The notes beneath the pieces are model-generated. The model was not told the origin of the DNA, did no database searches, and was given only the letters and a program-made list of their open reading frames with translations. From Macrostomum lignano (taxonomy: Eukaryota), in NCBI GenBank assembly GCA_002269645.1, contig NIVC01002876.1:1-64000 (forward strand): a stretch of DNA of 64,000 nucleotides, in the 5' to 3' direction. This document shows, piece by piece, positions 1 through 11,342 of the stretch. A program made the position numbers and the translations under genes. Position 1 is the stretch's first letter. Every line of letters starts with the position of its first letter.

Positions 1-348
1 AAAGTCTAAGATGTGGCAAAAAAGGCAGCTATGACAAAGGCTTCTATCTACAAAGGCCCTTAATGCAGGGCCATAGTGGCATAGATTGTGACCATTACTC
101 TGGTGGGCTATAGGAGGCCTACTAATATATAAAGCATTGTAGCTATCAATGCATTGTCTATGTAAGTCCATTAGCTTATTGAAATATGATTTTAAAAAGG
201 CCAATAAATATAAACATAACAGAATATAGACATGAAAAGATTTATTCTTTAGATACTATTCCAGAATATGGAAATCAAGGAAATTGTTAATAGAAAATTG
301 TATCAATATTGCACTAAACTTCAACTAACTTTTCTCTAACATATATGC

Positions 349-508
349 GCAACCTTGGAAATCACTTAGCCATTTCTATTGGCAACACACACACACACAC
401 ATGTAAGTCACTATTGGCTAAGAGCAATCACGTGATTACTATTTTGTCCAATAGCAACTTACATATATATGTTGCCAATAGAAATGGCCAGGTAGATCCC
501 TAGGTTGC
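349..508. mobile_element. Palindromic MITE-like hairpin element (~160 bp)
   Basis: Nested inverted repeats gcaacc..gccatttctattggcaaca / tgttgccaatagaaatggc..ggttgc and atgtaagt..ctattgg / ccaatag..acttacat, centred on aatcacgtgatt. Confidence 0.65.
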
Positions 509-3290
509 ATCCAAGCATGGTGCAAACTATTAGAGTTAGGTCCCAATGGGCTCTCTTTGTAGTATATACCAAGCCCTATTTGGCTAACTTTTTGTACAAA
601 GAAAAAGTTAAAATAATCATCTAGGCCTACAGCTTTTAAAAGTAAAACTAGTCAGTTTCAGTTAAACAATGAATGTCAATAATTATTATCCAAAAGAATA
701 ATAATAAGTCTTGAAAATATATATAATAAGGCACATTTTTTTCTAGAAATGTTTAATATTTTATTGCTAAATTGAATTCCCACCAAAAAAAACATTTTAA
801 AACATGATCATTTGTTTAAATATGTTATTTGTTCTACTTAGGTGAATTTTGTTTTAATTATGTAATCAATTTTGTTATGAATAGAGTTTTGTTTTCATTG
901 TGATTGGTCAGCCAATGGGAGTATTATTCAAGTAGTATAAATAAAAGCTAAATAAATACTAGAATACTTCAACCTTGGAAGTTACCCTACTAGTTAATCT
1001 TTATTTGGTTCAAACTAAAACTGAATAGTCTTCTGTCTTAAGTTATTTGAGGAATATTAAATTAATGATTGTTGAATGAAACATGATTGTGGGTTAGAAG
1101 AGCCATGTTGGATAGAATAAGGGCATTTTGCTAGCTAAATAAGCATTTTGCAATAAAAAGAGAAAGGCGGATTGCCCAGATAAGGTGGGAATTCCCCAGG
1201 AATAAGTAAACTGTTACAATTGAAATACAGGATGTATTGCTAAAAGTTGGAAATGACAGTATAAAAGCTAGAAACCCTTGGTCATTAATAATACTATATT
1301 GGACTATATAACTTAATAATTAGTAGTCAGCAATGTCTTGCCACTTAGGCACTGATGCTACTAGGGTAACTTGTACTGATAATAGCCCATATATGTATAT
1401 CTCTAGGATAGGACAATTAGACCTAGTACAAATTGGTGGCTAGTCCAACTAGTAGGAGTTAGATAGGGAAGACCATAGTCCAGATCATGCTAGGTGTACA
1501 CCTAAACAAAAGTTTATATTTACAAATGAATGCTAAAAAATGCAGTACACACCTATTCTTAAAACTCTGCCAATGTTGCAACAATAAATGACCTTTTTAC
1601 GTTGTGACAATAAATGACTTTTTTCATTGTGTAATAGATTCTTTTTGACATAATTTGATTAATTTTCCTATCTTTTCAGAGATACAATTTATAATAGAAA
1701 ATTGATATATGCAAAGATTTGTTTAAAAGCCTTATTACAAGCTTAAAAACCAGAAAGCATGAAATTTTGGCTTAAAATAAACTTTTTTTCATGATTTTTC
1801 TACTTTACAATAACTCTTATGCATGATTCTATAAAGTGCATGCTAGGTGTATTTTCTTAGGAATGATGCATACCAACTGTGCAAAGCCAAAGCCAATGCA
1901 CGCCTAAATTTTTAGGCATTTACTAGATTATTCAGAGTATAGAGGGAAGAAATAGGTCTATAATAACTTAGAGTCAGTGATGAAATTTTAATAATTAGAG
2001 AAAAGTTTTGCTTTACAATATATATAAAAGAGGGAAATGTATATTCACTTATTAAAATTTAAATTTAAATTAAATTTACTTATTTAAAAATAAGTAAATT
2101 GATAAAAAAAGCATTAAACAATTTGGTAATTTTGACTAGAGAAAAAATTAAAAAATTTAAATTTCATGCAAAATAAAGCTATGTTCAAAGTCTTTCTAGA
2201 TAAAACTAAGCCTGTGGTACAAAGAAAAAAGCTGAAGGCTATTACCAAAAGCCTCTTTAGCTTTTTATATGTAGGCCTAGGCCCTAGCCTAGCCTAGCGT
2301 AGCCTAAGTAGGTTATTAGATAGATATTCATAGAAAAATTACAATACCTAGTTAAAATTCAGCGGGTTGTGCAAGTATGATCTTAGTGAAATAGATGTAT
2401 ATATTCGACCTATACTAGGTCTACACAACCTGAGAAATGAGAATGAGATCATCTGTATCAGTTCTAACTTATGGTTCTATACAATACACTAATGTCGTAA
2501 TGACAATTTGGAATGAAAAAGGCCTATAAACTCAGTCATCAAAAGCTAGGCCTACATAAGGATAGTGGTATTAGCTAAGTTGAATAAGACTTTATAGATG
2601 ACCTAAAGAAGGCTTAATAGACAAATGAAAAATAAAAGACTAGATAGATTTGTACTTTATGAAGGACGGATAAAAAAAGGCCTAACTTGTCACAAAAATG
2701 TTTATCAACAACAAGTCTAGATTTCGCACAAGTTTTACTTATGTTTGCCTTCCTCATTGTATAGTTTAAAAAATTCTGTGACAGAGAATTTTGCTTAATT
2801 ATATTTTACTACCTCTACAGTTCAATAAATTGTCGACTTTTGTTTTAATTTCTTTTATGAAATGGACCTAACCCCGCTAATGGATGCGTGAAATGTGGTT
2901 TAGGTCAGAACCCGAAGTCCATAAGTCGTCTATTATGTTGAGTAATCCCAGAAGCTACTTTCATTGTTTTCATTGTTGTTACTTTCATTCAATTAGTGGC
3001 GTCATATTTCAAAATAAGTAATATACTTTTTATTTCTTAGCATTTTCAACACGTCCTCCTGTGCGAAAGGTTATTTGCTGATTATTTAAAACGTAAATTA
3101 GTATAAGCATTATAAAAAAATAATTAAAAAATGAAAATGATAACCTGATGGCTAGACTTATTTGATTACCTTTGCTAAGCAGCATCCAATTATCACTATA
3201 CACAGGACAATAGCAAACATGTCGGGAGCCACCTATTTATCGAACGGATAATTAATTTTGTAATTACGCTAAATTTGCATAGATACAAAG

Positions 3291-3492
3291 GACAAGCGGA
3301 GGGTGCTGAAGGATTGAAGGCATGGGGAAGGGGCAAGCGGAGGGTGCTGAAGGATTGAAGGCATGCGGAAGGGGCAAGCGGAGGGTGCTGAAGGATTGAA
3401 GGCATGGGGAAGGGGCAAGCGGAGGGTGCTGAAGGATTGAAGGCATGGGGAAGGGGCAAGCGGAGGGTGCTGAAGGATTGAAGGCATGGGGA
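3291..3492 (+). repeat. 41-bp G-rich minisatellite (GAAGGATTGA family, array 1), ~5 units
   Basis: Unit caagcggagggtgctgaaggattgaaggcatggggaagggg; flanked by a ~75-bp direct repeat (3196-3276 and 3494-3566). Confidence 0.95.
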
Positions 3493-4313
3493 ACTATACA
3501 CAATAGCAACATGTCGGGGCCACCTATTTGTCGAACGGATAATTAATTTTGTAATTACGCTAAATTACAAGCGGTCCTGGCCTTTTTAGTTTTTTTTCGT
3601 TTTCCCCTATCCAAATCTCTTTAATTATTCTCCCTGTCGACTGGACACACAGTCCTCGTACCCTGGGAATCTAGGCGGATACCGCGGGGATGACACATTC
3701 CGATGAGTCGTACCCAAAGATTATATATACACAAGGTGGGCCACTCATTAATCACTTATGTGACCATAGAGGCTATAATGTGAATACATAATTTTTCACA
3801 AATTTTGCACTTGAACATAATTTTGCAACTCGCGACAGCGCGAAAATCAACTACTGAACTCAATTTCGTCAGTAGTCTCTGCAGTGCAGGGAATATAAGA
3901 TCTATGGTCGTACCCTACACCACCAGCTTCCTCCATTCAAAACACCCCATCGGCGCTCTTTGTTTGAAACCATTCATGCATAAAAAAATTTCCACACCCT
4001 CCTATCCTCCTATCCATAAATTTACATTTCCACACCAATGTAAATTATAATTTTAATCTCTGTGTAAAAATTCAAAACAGCGCGCGCTTTTCGAACCTCG
4101 ATGACAATGTAAATAATCAATTTGATGACCCTAGAATAAGGAAAATAGGGTAAATTATTGTTAACTTTGTCTAAATTACTGCACACATCAATTCGATGAT
4201 TTAAAAACTGCATTTAAGTAGTCAATGAAGCACGAGCGTAAGTGGAACTGATCAGTGTAACAGATAAACTGTCTTGAGTTGATTTTGATCAATTTCGATC
4301 TATTTAACCATGA

Positions 4314-4538
4314 TCAATATGTCATATTTTCGTAAACAAGGCGGCAGAGGAAAGCTAGTTTATTCTTAGTCAGTTTCATATTGCACTGTCTAAATGCCTT
4401 CATGACGCAGTCGCCGCAGTCGTCAGGGAGCGAGATCGAACATTTAAGTGAAATACTCTTATCTGCGCAGCTGGCCTCCACTCGGTGCAGGAGTAGGCAG
4501 GTGGCTAACATGAACGTCAAGTTGAAGAGTCGAAGCAT
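4314..4538 (-). CDS. Small secreted cysteine-rich peptide, copy 1 (74 aa)
   Basis: MLRLFNLTFMLATCLLLHRVEAS signal-like N-terminus followed by C-x8-C-x7-C-x2-C-x7-C-x12-C. 5'UTR intron GTGAG (4628) to TTGCAG ends 2 nt before the ATG. TATATAAAAG at ~4772-4763. Paralog at 9626-9847. Confidence 0.75.
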   Translation of the reverse strand: MLRLFNLTFMLATCLLLHRVEASCADKSISLKCSISLPDDCGDCVMKAFRQCNMKLTKNKLAFLCRLVYENMTY

Positions 4539-4762
4539 TTCTGCAATTTGCTGCAAGAGGTGGCGATTGGTTTTATTAGCAAGATAATAAATCAATTAGT
4601 TGACAGGTATTAGAATTAAGCCGCTCACCTTTTTGGTACTCGTATTATGGTTTACTATGCAAGAGTAGAAATTTCTTCCGTTTAAATCAGGCTCTTCTAA
4701 TTTCTGAAAGAAATAGGAATTATTTATGTTAGTTTCGTTTTCTCGACCAAGCACAAGCTAAG

Positions 4763-4772
4763 CTTTTATATA
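4763..4772 (-). promoter_or_regulatory. Candidate TATA box of peptide copy 1
   Basis: TATATAAAAG on the minus strand ~230 bp upstream of the ATG; degenerate (CTACAGAAG) at the aligned position in copy 2. Confidence 0.45.
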
Positions 4773-4936
4773 CTGTAAAGACATTTTTGCCTGCAAGGAA
4801 TGCGCAAAGCTACTGAATTGTCTATGGAAAATCCAACTTGAAAAGTTACAAAAATCGATTTTTTTCGTTTCCAAAGTTTCCTGGCCCAAGGCAAGGTTTG
4901 TTGAAATTTTTATGCCAAATTTTACTGGAAACGAAT

Positions 4937-5586
4937 GGTGCTGAAGGATTGAAGGCATGGGGAAGGGCAAGCGGAGGGTGCTGAAGGATTGAAGGCATGG
5001 GGAAGGGCAAGCGGAGGGTGCTGAAGGATTGAAGGCATGGGGAAGGGGCAAGCGGAGGGTGCTGAAGGATTGAAGGCATGGGGAAGGGGCAAGCGGAGGG
5101 TGCTGAAGGATTGAAGGCATGGGGAAGGGGCAAGCGGAGGGTGCTGAAGGATTGAAGGCATGGGGAAGGGCAAGCGGAGGGTGCTGAAGGATTGAAGGCA
5201 TGGGGAAGGGCAAGCGGAGGGTGCTGAAGGATTGAAGGCATGGGGAAGGGCAAGCGGAGGGTGCTGAAGGATTGAAGGCATGGGGAAGGGGCAAGCGGAG
5301 GGTGCTGAAGGATTGAAGGCATGGGGAAGGGGCAAGCGGAGGGTGCTGAAGGATTGAAGGCATGGGGAAGGGGCAAGCGGAGGGTGCTGAAGGATTGAAG
5401 GCATGGGGAAGGGGCAAGCGGGGGGTGCTGAAGGATTGAAGGCATGGGGAAGGAGCAAGCGGAGGGTGCTGAAGGATTGAAGGCATGGGGAAGGGGCAAG
5501 CGGATGGTGCTGAGGGATTGAAGGCATGGGGAAGGGGCAAGCGGAGGGTGCTGAAGGATTGAAGGCATAGGGAAGGGGCAAGCGGT
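4937..5586 (+). repeat. 40-41-bp G-rich minisatellite (GAAGGATTGA family, array 2), ~16 units
   Basis: Same unit as array 1; lies upstream of peptide copy 1. Confidence 0.95.
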
Positions 5587-6810
5587 GGTTGATAGACAAC
5601 TGATAATCTTCAGTAGCCAATCGATGCGAACGGGGGCTTCACGGAGCAAAACAGTGCCCCCCCCCCAAAAAAATTAAAAGCAGACCAACAATCCAGAGTT
5701 TTATTCATCCATGGTTTAACTCAAGACTAAATACCTAAGTGTATTGATATTGGTCTAACTTTTCTAAAGCAGGATGAATATACAAAACTTTATCGTACAT
5801 GTACATGAACTGTATTGTATATCGTACGGCATACTACTTTTATTGACTGTTTGTTATTTAGTACGATTTAATTAATATCTGTTTTCATGCATGTTTTAAG
5901 GCGTTGGGTCCCAATCCCAGTTAGTATCCACAGTGATACATACGACTGCCACTCTGAACCGAGCCACCAGGCCTCGTCCCTTAGACTTTGTCCGCCTCTG
6001 GATGGTGCGGTAGCTGACGTTGCGGCCAAGATCTATAGACATATCTATAGACATATCTATAGACAGCGGGCCCGGGTTGTTTGAAAGTACACGCCAGAGG
6101 CACGGCTGTCACCAGTCACCTGTGCAGGAGTACACCCGGTGAAAACTCCCACTAACGAGACGGGACTCCCGGTGTGTAGCAGACGAAGGTTCTTGACCCC
6201 AACTGTGCCAGAAATGGCCGATTAAGGGACTCTATGCGAGGCATACAAGGACAGTCAGTGCTGGAAACGAGGACTTTTGCATAGGGGGGGGGGTCTTTTA
6301 CCTGGTGAGCGGTTTTAGACTACAATTCCCTCCTAAGCACCAGGATTCCAAGGGTGGATAATACGTAACGCCATCCTAATGTTTTCTCCCTCTTAGATGG
6401 GCTCGATGCGGCAGGGGATGGGGAAGTGCAGATCCCAGGGCTCTCTCGTGGTGCACATTCTACGGGGACTTATTTAGAAGTATTTTTAATGCTATACGAT
6501 TATTTGGTAAAATTCGACTTATACTCGGTGATTCTCCACTCTGATCCTCAGCTTCCATTCCGTGCCCTGCGACAGACGCACTCACTATTCACATTTCATA
6601 CCACGTCCATAGTAAATAAGTAAACAGACAGAAGCAAACAAACTGAATATCTATGCCCTGAACTGCCGGCCTTGAACTTGGCCTTAACCGCTCAGTTAAT
6701 TATGAGAATTAAAACGGAATTGATAAGTTAAGATTGAAAAATTAGGAGATGATAACCAACGGGGGGCGGGCTGATCATTCCTAAGGACAGCGCAACAGAA
6801 AAAAGATACC

Positions 6811-8270
6811 TTGCTGCTGTTGTTGTTGTTGTTGTTTCCGGCCGGTCAGTCCGGGGGGCGGGTCTGTGCCCCGACCTTCTTCAGAAAGTCCACCATCCGC
6901 CTGCAACTGTCGTTGAGCGCTTGTAGGCTCGGGTTATTGCCAAGGTGCCGGGCTCTGGCTTGTTGATGTGCACGGCAGATCTTTATGAGATGATCCTGGT
7001 CCTCGTCGGCTTCGCCGCAGTGCAGGCACGTTGGGCTGTCAGCTTGGCCGATGCGGTGGCGGTACTACTGGAGCAAGGGAGAGTGACCGGTGCGGAGCTG
7101 AGCAAGTGTAATCTCGTCTTTTCTGGTGAGCTGTCCTTTAGGTCTGGCGCCGCTGCCAGTGGTTAGGCGGTGCGTGGTGCAATGCAGGTCCGTGCTGTAA
7201 TCTGCTTTGAAACGGGACTTGGCGGAGCGGTCAATCGCCGCTGTAGCCGCAGCCAGGCTGATTTAGAGTGGGACTGATCAAGAGTCGAGCCGGCTTTGAC
7301 TGTCACGTCCGCGCATTCGTTGAATTGGAGTCCAGCATGGCCAGGCACCCATTGAAGGTCAATGTGCGTTGAGGTCGAGATCGAGAAGAGGAGCTCCCAA
7401 GTCGTGCAGCAGCCCCGAGATCGCGCTTTCGCAGGGCCTTGTTGGAGGGAGAGAAGGAACGATTGGGAGTCAGTGAGGCACCTGATGCGGTTTGGCATTT
7501 GAGCCGAGTAGACGCGAATGATCGCAGAGAGGCCGAGGCGAAGGGCTTCCTCTTCGGCCTGAAAAGAGGAAGTGATGATCCCGGCTGGGCCAGTGATCTT
7601 TTCCACTACGGTCCGGTTTCGTACAATAGTTACCCCGGTGCCGCCGCCATAGGTGCCGTCCTTAGCCGAGCCGTCCGTCCAGATCTCGACATCCGCAACC
7701 GAGAGCTGGTCGAGCGTCTCGAGGACGGCGAGTTTGCGGATGTGAGGCGGGTCCTCCTGGTTCGTGCTGTTGTTCGTGTTCCTGTAGATGATCACTCTGG
7801 ACGTATCTGTCCATGGCGGCGGTGAGAGGGTGTCTGTGGCGCGCGGGGCTTTGAGAAGGCCGGCGGCCGTGGAGACGTTGATGGCCGTGTTGCGCCAGTC
7901 TTGGCAAACGCTACTTGTTGTCCGTGAGCCCGTAGGCGCGGTCGCAAGGCGAGAGAGCGGAGTGGGCTGTCGTTGCCGGGCGGCCTTTTTGAATAGCCTA
8001 GCGGCCGTGGCTTTCGCGAGGGTCGTCAGGGGGAACAGCTCTGCTTCAGTGAGAAGGGCGTTAGTCGGCGTGGAGCGGCAGCACCGTGTGCATTGAGGCG
8101 CTTCTGCATGGTGCCTTTGGTGATAGTGGCGTGTTGGCGGAAGGTGAGCTGGGAGTTAAAGTGGACTCCGAGTAGGCGCGGATTTCGTCGAAGCAGGGCT
8201 GCTTGTCACAGTGGTTGCACGGTGGCGGCTGCAGTCATGGACCATCAATCTAGAAGAGACACGTCCGGGG
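6811..8270 (-). mobile_element. 5'-truncated non-LTR retrotransposon with RNase H (I/Ingi-like group), degenerate
   Basis: Frameshifted RT C-terminus (PRLLGVHFNSQLTFRQH; TPTNALLTEAELFPL), RNase H (WTDGS..AEEEA..TDSQS..WVPGHAG..NECAD, ORF 7163-7795), C-terminal zinc knuckle CLHCGEADEDQDHLIKIC, and a (CAA)n tail at 6811-6835. Confidence 0.9.
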
Positions 8271-8276
8271 GGGGAT

Positions 8277-8700
8277 GTTAAAGCCGAGAGAAGTTATAGC
8301 TTCGGAAACGGAAACAGTGAAGGGTTCTCCGCTCAGGGCTCAGAAGAGCTCTTATTTATAGCCCTGAGATCGTGAGCCTGATGCGTGATATCGAAGGCTG
8401 TGACTTGTCCTTGACCTCCGTTACCAAGCAAACCTGATGACGTCACTGTGATTGGACGAGAAATTGGGGTGGGACGCAGCGAAGAAAAATGATTTATGAA
8501 GGGGAATTACATAACAGACAGGAAAAGGCTTGGGGAGATAGGGGTCATAAAACTGTCACACGCATGAATGATTTCGAACAATACATGTAGAAAGGAGGTG
8601 GGGTTGGTGCGCGGGGGAGTGGGGTGGGCGATAAGCATGAGTCATCGTGATCACATGGGAAGGATGTAGGGTCCGCAAAAATTAGTGGGGGCCCATGACG
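8277..8700 (-). mobile_element. Possible solo LTR or promoter-bearing element fragment
   Basis: Begins TGT where the LINE is truncated. Minus-strand TATAAATA (~8360) with CCAAT (~8450) and TGACGTCA (~8437) upstream. The distal boundary and any TSD are not resolved. Confidence 0.35.
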
Positions 8701-8984
8701 TGCCTACATCAGTTTGTTAAAAATGTAGAATATCTTTCTATGAGTCGCACCCTTTCTACCCACCTTCCTCATTCTCTTCAACCACCCCATCTCCGCTCTT
8801 TGTTTGAAAATATTCATGCAGAACAAATTTTCAACGCTTCTTATCTCTGGAATGTAAATTATATTTAATATCTCTATGCAAAATTTCGAATTCGCGCGCT
8901 TTTCGAGCCTCCTTTGCTGCGACCTCCAACCCATTTTTTAGCCAATCAGAGCAGGGCTGGTGCTCAGTTGCTAGACAACGCGGT

Positions 8985-9055
8985 TCACAGACGGGTCACG
9001 GATGGGTCACGGACGGGTCACGGACGGGTCACGGACGGGTCACGGACGGGTCACG
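8985..9055 (+). repeat. 11-bp tandem repeat (gggtcacggac)n, ~6 units
   Basis: Direct reading. Confidence 0.9.
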
Positions 9056-9149
9056 GTTACTCTTCCACTTCTTGGACAACCAATCCAAATGCCCGCGCTA
9101 CCTTCGAGTTCCCTGTGTGTATTAGTTTAGCTTAGAAGGAATGAGCTCT

Positions 9150-9370
9150 GTGTGCACCCTGGCGCACATCCGACGAGAGGCATTGCTGCCCATTCCGCCG
9201 ACTCCCCTGAGCAGGCACACAAGCGCGCGGATACGTACGCAGTCATTCGCACAGGCATACACTCACACAGGAGTGTACAGCGGCCCTAACTTTATTTATC
9301 GTTAGGCATGTACACTTCACTGTGCTATGGGGGTTGGTCCTCAATGACGCTAATTGCACGAGCAGACACA
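9150..9370 (-). mobile_element. SINE family A, 5'-truncated copy
   Basis: Reverse complement is closely similar to 61720-61945 (taacgataaataaagttagggccgctgt..gatacgtacgcagtc..ggggagtcggcggaatgggcag). Confidence 0.85.
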
Positions 9371-9625
9371 ACAATGAACTACAATGATCGCTTATTGGGC
9401 TTAAACTCATTTTTAAGATAGGAAAATGAGATACGAGCGTATTTATGTCAACTTTTGACAAAATTTGACACACGTCGATCCGATATCATTTCAAAAACTG
9501 CAGTACGTAGCCAATAAAGTGCGAGTGTAAATCAAACTGAAAGTTCTACATATTCAAACTGTGTGCCTTAACTTTGATCAGTTTTGATTTATTTCAAACA
9601 TTCAAATATACGAGAGCTCATTGTG

Positions 9626-9847
9626 TCATTGTACGGTTGAATTTGCCGCAGCGCAGAGAAAAGCTATTTTTCGAGACGCCAGTTTCAGATTGCACTGTTC
9701 AAATGCCTCCATGACGCAGTCGCCGCAGTCGTCAGGGAGCAAGATCGAACATTTAAGTAAAATACTCTTATCTGTGCAGCTGGCCTCCACTCCGTGCAGC
9801 AGCAGGCAGGCGGATAACAGCAAGGTCAAGTTTAGGAGTCGAAGCAT
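9626..9847 (-). CDS. Small secreted cysteine-rich peptide, copy 2 (73 aa)
   Basis: MLRLLNLTLLLSACLLLHGVEASCTDKSILLKCSILLPDDCGDCVMEAFEQCNLKLASRKIAFLCAAANSTVQ. All six mature Cys and the acceptor AG 2 nt before the ATG are conserved with copy 1; the donor and TATA are diverged. Confidence 0.72.
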   Translation of the reverse strand: MLRLLNLTLLLSACLLLHGVEASCTDKSILLKCSILLPDDCGDCVMEAFEQCNLKLASRKIAFLCAAANSTVQ

Positions 9848-10242
9848 ATCTGTAATTTGTTGCAAGCAAGTGCCGATTGATTTATTAGCAATAGAACAAA
9901 TCGACAGGAATAAGCGGCTGCCTAAAAATTTCTTTCGTTTATATTGACTACTCAAATTTTGAGGACACTGTAGATTTATAAAGATCTAACTCCAGCAAAA
10001 AAGCTAATTCTATACCTAAGGAATTTCTGAAATTCTAAATAGGAATTATCTGTGTTAGTTTAGGTTTCTCGGTTAAACACAAGCTAAGCTTCTGTAGTGC
10101 AAAAACACATTTTTGCTGGCAAGGAATGCGCAAAGCTATGTCTTTGAAAAAATCCAATTTGGACAGCTACTTAAATCGATTTTTTATCTTCCAAAGTTTT
10201 CTGCGCTCGATGCAAATGAAAATTTTATTGAAAACGAAGGGT

Positions 10243-10471
10243 AAGGGGTAAGCGGTGGGTGCTGAAGGATTGAGGGCATGTGCAGTGGAATAGGTAAGTG
10301 GTGGTTGCTGAAGGATTGAGGGCATGTGCAGTGGAATAGGTAAGCGGTGGGTGCTGAAGGATTGAGGGCATGTGCAGTGGAATAGGTAAGTGGTGGTTGC
10401 TGAAGGATTGAGGGCATGTGCAGTGGAATAGGTAAGCGGTGGGTGCTGAAGGATTGAGGGCATGTGCAGTG
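10243..10471 (+). repeat. 46-bp minisatellite (GAAGGATTGA family, array 3), ~5 units
   Basis: Unit gctgaaggattgagggcatgtgcagtggaataggtaagcggtgggt; upstream of peptide copy 2, same left flank as array 2. Confidence 0.95.
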
Positions 10472-10900
10472 TGCAATGCTTATCCTTCATTCGAGCTTGC
10501 CTTTTTCGGAGGAGGGGAGGTTGTGGACGTGGATTGCATTTTTCTAATGTGACTTAGGATTACTTTTGGAATTAATATTTAAAAGCTATATTTATTTTGA
10601 CCGTATGTTTTTTCTATTTTTCTATTTATTATCTTATTTGGTTTATTTGGTTTATGACGACGCGTGGGTCGACGTCAACCGGAGAGGCGGCTCAGCGTGC
10701 TTGGCTACGCCGACGACCTCGCCCTGCTGTCCTCAACTGTCGAGGGCGCCCAGCGACAACTGGACAAGCTAGTTGCTGTTGCGGCGAGTGTCGGCCTGGT
10801 GGTCAACACGCAGAAAACCGTCGTGCTCTGCGTGCCGGACGACATCGAAGCTGCGATTTTGTTCCGAGGCGCTGATGGACAGGCGACAGAGCTTCCGCGT

Positions 10901-11342
10901 CGCGCAGAGACATCCGGGCTGCCATCATGACCCTCTCTGGTCACGGCTGCTTCTCCAGCCACCAGTACCTGCAGGGCAACGCCACCAACGCCACCTGTAG
11001 TTTCTGCAACTCAGGTGACGAAACCGCTGAGCATTTCGTCAGCATCTGTCCCGCCTTCACGCGGGCCAGACTCACTTACCTCGGGCCACACACATCTATT
11101 ACTGAAGCGTGCAAACCCGAAAACTTTAATCAGCTCATGCGCTACCTTCGGGCCACCCGCAGGGCTGAACTCTCCTTTCCAGAGAGCACTATAGCTGCTG
11201 GCGGCACTGGGGGACCTCCCTGGGCGGCGCCAACCCTCCGTCCATAGCGACGCGTCGGCCGTTCAGGGACTAGCGGAATGGGCGCTCGCGCCTTCCCGCT
11301 GTGAACCTCCGGGACAGCCCTGCAGTTAAGTCAAGTAAGTCA
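10901..11342 (+). mobile_element. Nested 3' fragment of a second LINE (CCHC zinc-knuckle end) with 13-bp TSD
   Basis: LSGHGCF..CSFCNSGDETAEHFVSICPAF..R; tail (taagtcaag)-like repeats; TSD agagcttccgcgt at 10888-10900 and 11343-11355. Confidence 0.85.

Noticed and set aside
7163-7795. Host RNase H1 gene
   Set aside because: Embedded between a frameshifted RT and a CCHC knuckle with a (CAA)n tail, so it belongs to a LINE.
8428-8465. Hammerhead ribozyme-like CTGATGA..GACGAGAAA
   Set aside because: Extra bases break the conserved core and I found no stems I or III; better explained as TGACGTCA and CCAAT promoter motifs.
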